A stretch of 64,000 bases of DNA from an uncultured Anaerolineales bacterium (GTDB lineage Bacteria > Chloroflexota > Anaerolineae > UBA1429), in NCBI GenBank assembly GCA_964482225.1, contig CAYZWT010000021.1, positions 486-64,485 on the forward strand, written 5' to 3'. A model generated the notes under the pieces. The model had not been told where the DNA came from. It ran no database searches and saw only the letters and a list, made by a program, of their open reading frames with translations. Made by a program: the position numbers and the translations under genes. Shown here in pieces: positions 1 through 12,671 of the stretch (positions are counted from its first letter, which is position 1; each line of letters begins with the position of its first letter).

Positions 1-1777
1 GAGCGGCCTTGCCAAACGCCATCACCGCTGCGCTCTGCAACGCGGCCTCGGCGCCCGGCTCCTCCTCATAGGCGACGTCCGCCAAGGTCGTCTGGACATC
101 CACCAGCGGATAGCCCGCCAACGCACCCCCGGCCATCGCATCGCGCAATGCCCGTTCGACCTCGGCCAGCATGACGTTGCTCAGGCGCCCGGCCGGCAGG
201 TTGTTCACGAACCGAAACCCCTCGCCCCTGGCTGCCGGCGCCAGCGCCACGCTGACCCGCGCATATAGCGAGCGATTGCCCCGCTGGGCCGCAAACTCGC
301 TTTCTGCTGTAACCGCTCGGGTAATGGTCTCGCGGTAAGCCACCTGTGGACGCCCTACCTTGGCCTGCACCTTGAACTCGCGCACCATGCGATCCACGAG
401 GATCTCCAGGTGCAGCTCGCCCATGCCCGAGATGAGGGTCTGGCCGGTGTTCTCGTCGGTGCTCACCCGAAAGGTGGGGTCCTCATCCGTCAGCGCCCGC
501 AGCGCCTGCAACATGCGCGCCTCGTCGGCAGCCGAGCTGGGCTCGATGGCCACATAGATCACCGGCTCGGGGAAGGTGATGGCTTCCAGGACGACAGGAT
601 CGTCCCGGTCGCACAGGGTATCCCCGGTAAAGGTGAACTTGAGCCCGCCGAGAGCGGCGATGCCGCCGGCAGAGACCGAATCCACCTCTTCGCGCCGGTT
701 GGCGTACATTTGCAGGGGACGGTTGACCCGTTCTTTGCGGTCTTTGGTCGAGTTATGCGTGGAAGTGTTGGCGTGGAGCGTGCCAGAATAAACGCGGAGG
801 TAGGCTAGCCTTCCCACAAATGGATCGGTGACGATCTTGAAGACGAGCGCCGCCAAGGGCGCGTCCGGATCAGCATGCCGAACCACCTTGTCGCCCGTCT
901 GCGGATGCACCCCTACAATGGGGGGCACATCCAAGGGCGAAGGAAGATAGTCTACAATGGCGTCCAGAACCGGCTGTACGCCCCGATTGCGCAGCGACGC
1001 GCCGCATAATACCGGCACGAGCTGATTTCCCAGGGTTGCCTTGCGCAAACCCTGGCGCAACTCTTCGGCGGTCAGATCCTCTCCCTCCAGGTACTTGGCG
1101 AGCAAGACGTCATCCGTCTCGGCGATGGTCTCTACCAACACCTGTCGCGCCTCTTCTACCTGCTCTGCGAGTTCCTCAGGAATTGCCAGCCTTTGCGGCT
1201 CGGCCCCCAGGTCATCGTGGTAGACGAGCGCCACTTGATCCAGTAGATCAATGGCTCCCTCGAAAGAGGATTCTGCGCCGATAGGCACCTGTATCGCTAC
1301 AGGTACAGCTTCCAGGCGCTCCCGAATCATCTCGATACAGCGCCAAAAGTCGGCCCCGGCCCTATCCATTTTGTTAATGAAACAGATGCGCGGAACGTGG
1401 AACCGATCCGCTTGCCGCCAGACCGTTTCGGACTGGGGCTCTACACCTTGCACGGCATCAAAGATGACCACGCCGCCATCCAGCACCCGCAGGCTGCGCT
1501 GCACTTCGGCGGTGAAATCAATGTGCCCGGGCGTATCAATGATATTAATGCGATACTCTCGCCAGAAACAAGAGACCGCTGCCGAGGCGATGGTGATGCC
1601 CCGTTCGCGCTCCTGCTCCATCCAATCGGTGACGGTCGTGCCGTCATCCACGTTACCGATCCGGTGCGTCCTGCCCGTGTAGAACAGGATGCGTTCCGTT
1701 GTCGTGGTCTTGCCCGCGTCAATGTGGGCAATGATACCGATGTTGCGTATCCGGTCTAGCGACCTGTCTTCGTACAC
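1..1777 (-). CDS. fusA: Elongation factor G family protein (3' end runs off the window); domain IV divergent
   Basis: Manual minus-strand translation from GTG at 1777 (AGGTGA RBS upstream): [57 protein letters not shown]; lies downstream of rpsG. Confidence 0.95.
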   Translation of the reverse strand, partial: MYEDRSLDRIRNIGIIAHIDAGKTTTTERILFYTGRTHRIGNVDDGTTVTDWMEQERERGITIASAAVSCFWREYRINIIDTPGHIDFTAEVQRSLRVLDGGVVIFDAVQGVEPQSETVWRQADRFHVPRICFINKMDRAGADFWRCIEMIRERLEAVPVAIQVPIGAESSFEGAIDLLDQVALVYHDDLGAEPQRLAIPEELAEQVEEARQVLVETIAETDDVLLAKYLEGEDLTAEELRQGLRKATLGNQLVPVLCGASLRNRGVQPVLDAIVDYLPSPLDVPPIVGVHPQTGDKVVRHADPDAPLAALVFKIVTDPFVGRLAYLRVYSGTLHANTSTHNSTKDRKERVNRPLQMYANRREEVDSVSAGGIAALGGLKFTFTGDTLCDRDDPVVLEAITFPEPVIYVAIEPSSAADEARMLQALRALTDEDPTFRVSTDENTGQTLISGMGELHLEILVDRMVREFKVQAKVGRPQVAYRETITRAVTAESEFAAQRGNRSLYARVSVALAPAARGEGFRFVNNLPAGRLSNVMLAEVERALRDAMAGGALAGYPLVDVQTTLADVAYEEEPGAEAALQSAAVMAFGKAA

Positions 1778-1882
1778 CGATCTTTCACCTCTGCGATACT
1801 CATGGCTCAAGGAGCGAGTGTCAGATGCATCGCCGAGCGGCAGATCGGTCAGCGCCCAAAGGAACCGCTGGAAAGGGAATCT

Positions 1883-2353
1883 TTACCAGCGGTAATGGGC
1901 AAACGCCTTGTTGGCCTCGGCCATACGGTGCGTGTCTTCACGCCTCTTGACGGCGTTTCCCGTGTTCTGAGCGGCATCCATCAACTCGCCCGCCAGCCTC
2001 TCGGAAAAGGTCTTGCCCGGGCGGCTCCTGGCGGAGGATAGGATCCAGCGCATCGCCAGCGAAGTTCTCCGATGCGCGGCCACCTCTACAGGCACCTGGT
2101 AGGTCGCGCCACCCACGCGCCGGGGCTTGACCTCGATCACAGGCGCAGCGTTGCGCATGGCCTGCTCAAAGACCTCAAGGGGCTCGCGCCCGGTCCTCTC
2201 TTGCACAGCCTCCAGCGCATCGTACACCAGCCGCTGAGCGGTGCTCTTTTTGCCCCGCGTCATAACATTGTTGATAAAGGCGGCCAGCAGAGTGCTGTTA
2301 TAAACCACATCCGGCTCGACGACTCTGCGCGGTGGCCGATAGCGTCTCGGCAT
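1883..2353 (-). CDS. rpsG: 30S ribosomal protein S7
   Basis: MPRR..., [39 protein letters not shown]. Confidence 0.98.
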   Translation of the reverse strand: MPRRYRPPRRVVEPDVVYNSTLLAAFINNVMTRGKKSTAQRLVYDALEAVQERTGREPLEVFEQAMRNAAPVIEVKPRRVGGATYQVPVEVAAHRRTSLAMRWILSSARSRPGKTFSERLAGELMDAAQNTGNAVKRREDTHRMAEANKAFAHYRW

Positions 2354-2422
2354 TCTCGATCCTCCTGAAGCTCGACGTGATCACTTGGCCGGAGCCGTAA
2401 CCCCGGCCCTCAAGCCACAGCC

Positions 2423-2839
2423 CTATTTGGGCTTTTTGGTTCCATATTGCGAACGGCCGCGTGAGCGCCCATCAACTCCGGACGAATCCAGCGCGCCGCG
2501 CACGATGTGATAGCGCACGCCGGGCAGGTCGCGCACACGCCCACCCCGCACCAGCACCACCGAGTGCTCCTGCAGGTTGTGACCCTCGCCGGGAATATAC
2601 GCCGTCACCTCGACGCCGTTGGATAGGCGCACACGAGCGATCTTGCGTAGCGCCGAGTTGGGTTTTTTCGGCGTCATGGTGCGCACCAGTGTACACACGC
2701 CACGCCTCTGCGGCGCACCCTTGCGCGATTGCGTCATCTCGGCCCGTTGCGAGTTGTAAGAATAGCTCAGAGCGGGCGATTTCGATTTGCTCTTGGGGGT
2801 CTTGCGACCCTTGCGTACAAGCTGATTGATCGTCGGCAA
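2423..2839 (-). CDS. rpsL: 30S ribosomal protein S12
   Basis: TTG start giving (M)[11 protein letters not shown]; [37 protein letters not shown]. Confidence 0.98.
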   Translation of the reverse strand: MPTINQLVRKGRKTPKSKSKSPALSYSYNSQRAEMTQSRKGAPQRRGVCTLVRTMTPKKPNSALRKIARVRLSNGVEVTAYIPGEGHNLQEHSVVLVRGGRVRDLPGVRYHIVRGALDSSGVDGRSRGRSQYGTKKPK

Positions 2840-2891
2840 GTTGATCCTCCCTGTGCTGCGCTCGAGAGCGTGTCTCGACTCACAAGCGATG

Positions 2892-2920
2892 ATTATACTA
2901 TCGGACAGATGATCTGTCAA
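2892..2920 (-). promoter_or_regulatory. Consensus sigma70 promoter of the str operon
   Basis: Minus strand TTGACA-17 nt-TATAAT, about 50 nt upstream of the rpsL start. Confidence 0.85.
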
Positions 2921-2975
2921 AGGTCGCAGACAGCCTATCACGAACCCCCGCGACCTTGCCTCTATACCCGTGTAC

Positions 2976-6905
<3,930 letters not shown>

Positions 6906-7172
6906 AACCTGTTGTTCTCCTTGCGCGTAGACACTGGCATCCAGAGACTTGCGCGGAACTCTGCTGAGATTAGGATAGTACAACGCCTGCTGGCAGGCTG
7001 CGACGGCTTGACGTTCGTTGCAGGTCGGTATGAATGTTGGCCATCGCGTGCGCCGGACGATGTAGAGGATCGTACTGGATCTGACGTGCGCCAAGTGGAT
7101 GGACGCATCCCCCTGGCCGGAACGAATCTGGGCGCAATGAGCCAGTGTATCCAGCCCAGTGCGCAAAAACAG

Positions 7173-7200
7173 AGTATAGCATAGCTTGGTCAACTGTCAA
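7173..7200 (-). promoter_or_regulatory. Putative rpoB promoter
   Basis: Minus strand TTGACA-16 nt-TATACT with TG extension. Confidence 0.7.
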
Positions 7201-7217
7201 GTTGCCCCTTACTTGAT

Positions 7218-7247
7218 TTGACACTGCACTTGGTGCGACGCTATAAT
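7218..7247 (+). promoter_or_regulatory. Putative secDF promoter, back-to-back with the rpoB promoter
   Basis: TTGACA-18 nt-TATAAT. Confidence 0.7.
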
Positions 7248-7366
7248 CACATTGCCGGACGGGCCGGGCGCCTGTTGAGGGCATGGCCCGACGCGCCCTC
7301 GCAACGAGCACCCAGGGGGGTGTTTTTCTTTGTCGGCATGCCGAGCCAACTAACGAGGAGAACTGC

Positions 7367-8719
7367 ATGAGGCAAGATGTCCGCCTGCTCATCTTGATCG
7401 TCGTGATCGCGGTTTGCGCCGCATGGGTCTCGTGGCCCGCCAACCCAGGCATCCACATCCGCATCGGTGATTTCCGCATCGAGCGCGAGATCGAGGTGCA
7501 GTTGGGCCTCGATCTGCAGGGCGGCATGCAGGTATTGCTGGAGGCCGACGTGGCCGAGGATGCCGAGGTAGACCCGGCGGCGATGGCGGCCGTGCGCGGC
7601 ATCATCGAGAACCGCGTGGACGGCCTGGGCGTCGCCGAGCCGGTAGTGCAATCGGTGGGCGCGCGCCGCATCGTGGTCGAGATGCCCGGCATTCAGGACC
7701 CCCAGCGCGCCATTGATACCCTCAAAGAGACCGGCCTGCTCGAGTTCGTGGATACGGGGGGAGTGCCCCTGCCGCCCGGCACCGTGGTGCGCACCGACGT
7801 TGGCGCAGTCGCATCCGAAGAGATCACCCCGACCGAGACCATCTACCACACCGTGGTCACGGGGCGCAACCTGCGCACGGCGGATGTCGTCTTTGACCCC
7901 AACACCGGCGCCCCCACCATCGCATTCGAGTTCGACAGCGAGGGCGGCGCGCTCTTTGGCGCGCACACCGCCGCCAACGTTGGTCGTTATATGTCCATCG
8001 TCCTCGACAAGATCGTGATCTCGAGCCCCCAGATCACAACCGCCATCCCCGATGGCCGGGGCCTGATCACCGGCAGCTTTGGCCTGGAGGAGGCGCGCGC
8101 CATCGTGCTCCAGTTGCGCTATGGCGCGCTGCCCATCCCGCTCCGCGTGCTGGATACCCGCGCCATCGGCCCGACCCTGGGCGCCGAATCGGTGCAGAAA
8201 TCCACCCGCGCCGGGTTCATCGGGCTGATCGTCGTTCTGACCTTTATGCTGATCTACTACCGGCTGCCCGGCTTGCTGGCCTGCCTGGCCCTGATCATCT
8301 ATGCGCTGATCACCCTGGCCCTCTACAAGCTGATCCCCGTCACCCTGACGCTGCCCGGCATCGCGGGTTTCTTGCTCTCGGTGGGCATGGCGGTGGATGC
8401 CAATATCCTGATCTTTGAGCGCATGCGCGAAGAGCTGCGCCAGGGCCGCACGCTCCAGCGCGCCGTCGAGTATGGCTTTCGCCGGGCCTGGTCATCCATC
8501 CTGGATTCCAACGTCTCGGTGTGGATCACCTGCGCCATCCTGTGGTGGTTCGGCAACAGCTTTGGCGCCAGCATGGTCAAAGGCTTTGCCGTCACCCTGG
8601 CGCTGGGCGTGGCGATCAGCATGTTCACCGCCATCACCGTAACGCGCACCTTTGTCCATGTGGTCTTTGGTTGGGCGGGAGATCGGTTGCGCGAGCGCCA
8701 TTGGCTGCTCGGAATCTAG
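7367..8719 (+). CDS. secD: Protein translocase subunit SecD
   Basis: LGLDLQGG, RVDGLGVAEP, IGPTLG, GMAVDANILIFER, KGFAVTL; GAGGAG RBS before ATG 7367. Confidence 0.96.
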   Translation: MRQDVRLLILIVVIAVCAAWVSWPANPGIHIRIGDFRIEREIEVQLGLDLQGGMQVLLEADVAEDAEVDPAAMAAVRGIIENRVDGLGVAEPVVQSVGARRIVVEMPGIQDPQRAIDTLKETGLLEFVDTGGVPLPPGTVVRTDVGAVASEEITPTETIYHTVVTGRNLRTADVVFDPNTGAPTIAFEFDSEGGALFGAHTAANVGRYMSIVLDKIVISSPQITTAIPDGRGLITGSFGLEEARAIVLQLRYGALPIPLRVLDTRAIGPTLGAESVQKSTRAGFIGLIVVLTFMLIYYRLPGLLACLALIIYALITLALYKLIPVTLTLPGIAGFLLSVGMAVDANILIFERMREELRQGRTLQRAVEYGFRRAWSSILDSNVSVWITCAILWWFGNSFGASMVKGFAVTLALGVAISMFTAITVTRTFVHVVFGWAGDRLRERHWLLGI

Positions 8720-8735
8720 AGAAGGAGACGTACCT

Positions 8736-9671
8736 GTGTTCCAACTGGTGCAGAAGCGTCGCTGGTTTTTCATCCTTTCAGCCACCCTGTTGGCGCTCAG
8801 CCTGGCGACGCTGGGCTATTCCTGGATCGCCCACGGTTCGCCTCTGATCCTGAGCATTGATTTCACCGGCGGTTCCTTGTTGGAGCTGGCCTTTGACGAG
8901 CCGGTGGTGCCGGAAACGGTGCGCGAGCTTTTGGAGCAGAACGGCTTTCCCGAGGCCACCGTCCAGACCGTCTCCGAGGGCCGCCAGATCGTTGTGCGGG
9001 CCCGCGAGATGGATATGGACGAAAAAGAGAGCCTGAGCGCCGTGCTAGAGGGCGCCCTGGGCCCTGCCACCGAGCTACGCTTTGAGAGCGTGGGGCCCAT
9101 CGTCGGGCGCGAGACCACCCGCGCCGCCGTGATGGCGATCCTGGCCGCATCGGTGGCCATCCTGATCTTTATCGCCATCGCCTTTCGGCGGGTGCCCAAC
9201 GCCGTCCGCTATGGCATCTGCGCCATCACGAAAATGTTCCATGATGTGATCATCCTCTTGGGCCTGAGCAGCCTGTTCGGCCTGGTGCTGCACTGGGAGA
9301 TGGATACCTTGTTCCTCACCGCCGTGGTCACCGTCGTGGGCTTTTCCATCCAGGATGTGATCGTGGTGTTCGACCGCATCCGCGAGAACAGCGCCCGCCA
9401 CCGCCACGAGCCCTATGAGACGATGGTCAACCGCAGCCTGCTAGAGACCTTGCACAGGTCGCTGGCCACCGAGCTGAACGCCATGTTCGTCATGGTGGCG
9501 ATCATCTTTTTTGGCGGCGTCACCATCCGGCATTTCATGACCATCATGCTCGTGGGCATGGTCACCGGCACCTATTCGTCGCTCTTTTTCGCCGTGCCGC
9601 TGCTGGTGGTGTGGCAAAAGGGCGAGTGGGGGCGCATCTTTAAAGCGCGTGAGGGCTCGGCCCGCGCCTGA
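8736..9671 (+). CDS. secF: Protein translocase subunit SecF
   Basis: IDFTGGS, FESVGP, HDV, GFSIQDVIVVFDRIREN, GTYSS; follows secD, AAGGAG RBS. Confidence 0.95.
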   Translation: MFQLVQKRRWFFILSATLLALSLATLGYSWIAHGSPLILSIDFTGGSLLELAFDEPVVPETVRELLEQNGFPEATVQTVSEGRQIVVRAREMDMDEKESLSAVLEGALGPATELRFESVGPIVGRETTRAAVMAILAASVAILIFIAIAFRRVPNAVRYGICAITKMFHDVIILLGLSSLFGLVLHWEMDTLFLTAVVTVVGFSIQDVIVVFDRIRENSARHRHEPYETMVNRSLLETLHRSLATELNAMFVMVAIIFFGGVTIRHFMTIMLVGMVTGTYSSLFFAVPLLVVWQKGEWGRIFKAREGSARA

Positions 9672-9792
9672 CGCCCCCGGCCCAGGCCGCAGATCGGCTC
9701 TTGGCGCCCCTCGCGGCCCTTGCGACGAGGGGCGCTCGCTGCTGTGAGGGCGCACGATGCGCTGTGAGGGCGCAGCTCTTGACGTTTCTATG

Positions 9793-9914
9793 GCCCTCAC
9801 CCCCACGTAGGTTGACGCACAGAGGGAAAACCTGCGCCCCCTCTCCCATGCCAGCATGGGAGAGGGGGAAGGCGAAACCCGCCTCCGGGACGGGTTTCGC
9901 TGGGGGGTGAGAGC
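9793..9914 (+). repeat. Dispersed palindromic multi-hairpin repeat (MITE/REP-like), copy 1
   Basis: GCCCTCACCCC...CCCCTCTCCC-loop-GGGAGAGGGG...GCGAAAC..GTTTCGC-TGGGGGGTGAGAGC; second copy at 52650-52783. Confidence 0.8.
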
Positions 9915-9953
9915 GTTCGCGGGCCGCACCGGCTCTGAGAAAGGACAAGTCGC

Positions 9954-11318
9954 ATGGTCACCTTTGCCCCCCAGCTAACCGACCGAGAGGGTCTCAAGGG
10001 CGAGCGCCGCCGCCAGATCGTCCAGGTGCTGCAGGCCGCGCTGGATGCCGTGGATCCCGCCGCCGCCGTCAGGCGTTTCGTGCGGCGCGAGGGAGACCGC
10101 CTGATCGTGGACGGCCAGGTCTATGACCTGGCGGCGGTGGAACGCATCTATGTTGTGGGCGCGGGCAAGGCCGATGCCCCTATGGCCCAGGCCATCGAGG
10201 CGCTGCTGGGCGACCGCATCGCCGATGGGGCCATCAATGTCAAGTACGAGCACGTGCTGCCCACCGAGCGGATCAGCCTGACCGAGGCGGGCCACCCGAT
10301 CCCCGACGAGGCAGGGGTGGCCGGTTCGCGGCGCATCGCCGAATTGCTGGCCCAGGCGGGCGAGCGTGACCTGGCGCTCTGCCTGATCTCGGGCGGCGGC
10401 TCGGCCCTGATGACCCTGCCGGTCGAGGGCGTCACCTTGGATGACATGCAGGCCCTGACCGATGCCCTGCTGCGGGCGGGGGCCAACATCGTCGAGATCA
10501 ACACCATCCGCAAGCACCTGGATCAACTCAAGGGGGGCAAGCTGGCGCGCCTGGCCGCGCCCGCCCAGGTGATCGCCCTGATCCTCTCCGACGTGGTGGG
10601 CAACCCACTGGATGCCATTGCCTCCGGCCCCACCGTGCCCGACACCAGCACTTTTGCCGATGCCTGGGGCCTCCTGCGGCGTTACGGCCTGCTGGGCGCG
10701 ATCCCCGCCAGCATCGAGGCCTATCTGCGCAAGGGGGTAGAGGGCGAGATCGAGGACAACCCGGGCGCGGGCTCGCCGGTGTTCGAGCGGACGCAGAATG
10801 TGATCGTCGCCAGCAACGACCTGGCCGCCGAGGCGGCCCAGGGGGCCGCCCATGACCTGGGGCTGCACACCCTGCTCCTCTCGACCTATGTGGAGGGCGA
10901 AGCGCGCGAGGTGGCCAAGGTGTTCGCCGCCATCGGCAAAGAGATTCGCGCCTCAGACCGTCCCCTGGCGCGCCCTGCCTGCCTCATCGCCGGGGGCGAG
11001 ACCACGGTGACCCTGCGCGGTCGGGGCAAGGGAGGCCGCAACCAGGAGATGGCCCTGGCCGCTGCCCTGGCGATCCAGGGGCTGGATGACGTAGCGATCG
11101 TCTGCCTGGCCACCGATGGCACCGATGGGCCAACCGACGCTTCCGGCGCCCTGGCCGAGGGGGATACCGTGGCCCGGGCCCGCGCCCTGGGGCTGGACCC
11201 CTGGGATCACCTGGAGCGCAATGACGCCTATCCCTTTTTCGCCAACCTGGGCGACCTGCTGATAACGGGGCCCACCCACACCAACGTCAACGACCTGACC
11301 TTTGTGTTCGTGTGGTAG
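9954..11318 (+). CDS. Glycerate 2-kinase (GckA/TtuD, MOFRL family)
   Basis: VGAGKA, AGHPIPD, LISGGGSAL, KGGKLA, SDVVG, GGETTV, GGRNQE, TDGTDG, TGPTHTNVND. Confidence 0.92.
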   Translation: MVTFAPQLTDREGLKGERRRQIVQVLQAALDAVDPAAAVRRFVRREGDRLIVDGQVYDLAAVERIYVVGAGKADAPMAQAIEALLGDRIADGAINVKYEHVLPTERISLTEAGHPIPDEAGVAGSRRIAELLAQAGERDLALCLISGGGSALMTLPVEGVTLDDMQALTDALLRAGANIVEINTIRKHLDQLKGGKLARLAAPAQVIALILSDVVGNPLDAIASGPTVPDTSTFADAWGLLRRYGLLGAIPASIEAYLRKGVEGEIEDNPGAGSPVFERTQNVIVASNDLAAEAAQGAAHDLGLHTLLLSTYVEGEAREVAKVFAAIGKEIRASDRPLARPACLIAGGETTVTLRGRGKGGRNQEMALAAALAIQGLDDVAIVCLATDGTDGPTDASGALAEGDTVARARALGLDPWDHLERNDAYPFFANLGDLLITGPTHTNVNDLTFVFVW

Positions 11319-11323
11319 CGCGG

Positions 11324-12595
11324 CTAGAAAAAGCGCTGCACCTGCTCCTGAGCCCGGTGCAGCAACTGCTCTACATCGCCGCCCTGCTGGATGCCCATAT
11401 AGATCACGCGGATGACGGCTTCACCCACGGCGCCCAGCCGGGGTGAGAGTTCGGCCGGCAATGAGACAAGCGCGCTGCGGGGGACGATGCTCTGCACGTC
11501 GGCTCCCGCCTGGGCCGCCTGCCCATAGGCAGGATCGGCGGCCAGCGATTGGCGCGGCGGCAGGTATCGGCCTGCCGCGCTCCACCGGTCGGAGAGAAAG
11601 CGTGCCAGCAGCAGCGCCTCCTCGGGGTGCTCGGAGCCGGCGGCCAGATAGTAGCCCTGCACGTCGGCCAGCGTCACGTCGCCACCCATACGGGGCAGCG
11701 GCAGCATGGCCCACTCCATCGCCCAGCGGCTCGGGGTACCCTGGCCGCCGCGCTCGCTATAGAGCCCCAGCCACACGCCGCAACGCCCCAGCGACTTGGC
11801 CTGGGCCATGCCGCCCTGGGGGAACTCGCGGTTGATGGCGGTCGGGTCCGGCGCCACGCCGTGGACTGTGAACAGATCGGTGTACCAGCGCACCGCCTCG
11901 ACCGTCTCGCGCTGGGTCAAAGTGGCGCGTTGGGGGTCATCGAGGCGATCCACCAGCGCCCCACCCCACCGATAGATCAGGACGAACGGATCCCAATCCT
12001 CCGGCTGGGTACAAAAGCCATACAGAGGCGCGCCCGGGTGCTCGGGCGTCCCCTCAGGATGGTCCAGGGCCACGGCCAGCGAGAGCAGACCGAACGCATC
12101 CCAGCGCTGATCCACGGCGGGGATGCCCATGCCCAGGGCGCGTAGCTCCTGGGCGTTGGCGTAAACGACCAGCGGATCCAGCCCTGCCGGGATGCCCCAC
12201 TGCTGCCCGCCGCCCGCCAGGGCCGACCATGCACCCGCATAATAGTCCGAGCGAATGGCAGACCACTCGGCCAGTTGCGCCTCACCAATCGGCTGAATCC
12301 AGCCCGCTTGCGCATAGGCCAGGGCCTCGCGCCCATCGCGGAACAAGTCCGCCCGCCCTTCCGACACAAGCTGCCGCAGCCCGCCGCCCTCGCTCTGCGC
12401 CACTACCGGCTCGACGGTGATGTGGGGGTATTGGTCATGGAACTCGGCCAGCAGCGCCTCGACTTGCATAGAGCCCGCGCGATAGGCAAAACGCAGCGTC
12501 ACCGGCTTGCGCGATCCGAATAGCCCGCCGGAGCAGGCCGCCAGGGGCCCACTCAACACGGCCAACACCAGCGCCAGAAGGAGCGTTCGCTTCAT
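11324..12595 (-). CDS. ABC-type sugar-family extracellular solute-binding lipoprotein
   Basis: Lipobox LAAC after MKRTLLLAL; F..QYPHITVEP; WGIPAG.D..VVY.N pattern typical of SBP_bac_1. Confidence 0.75.
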   Translation of the reverse strand: MKRTLLLALVLAVLSGPLAACSGGLFGSRKPVTLRFAYRAGSMQVEALLAEFHDQYPHITVEPVVAQSEGGGLRQLVSEGRADLFRDGREALAYAQAGWIQPIGEAQLAEWSAIRSDYYAGAWSALAGGGQQWGIPAGLDPLVVYANAQELRALGMGIPAVDQRWDAFGLLSLAVALDHPEGTPEHPGAPLYGFCTQPEDWDPFVLIYRWGGALVDRLDDPQRATLTQRETVEAVRWYTDLFTVHGVAPDPTAINREFPQGGMAQAKSLGRCGVWLGLYSERGGQGTPSRWAMEWAMLPLPRMGGDVTLADVQGYYLAAGSEHPEEALLLARFLSDRWSAAGRYLPPRQSLAADPAYGQAAQAGADVQSIVPRSALVSLPAELSPRLGAVGEAVIRVIYMGIQQGGDVEQLLHRAQEQVQRFF

Positions 12596-12671
12596 GGGAC
12601 CTCCCCTCCTTTGGGGATTGACTCCGGCCACTCTCGCGCACCAACGTCAGGGCAACGCGGCTGGGGCGCCT

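Noticed and set aside
6906-7193. 96-aa N-terminal extension of RpoB in the ORF track
   Set aside because: Its start lies inside the predicted promoter, it has no RpoB similarity, and a good RBS precedes ATG 6905
9672-9953. Possible mini-CRISPR array or tRNA
   Set aside because: Only two 14-bp repeats with a 6-bp spacer and no cas genes; the cloverleaf-like element lacks T-loop and D-loop consensus and has the wrong arm lengths
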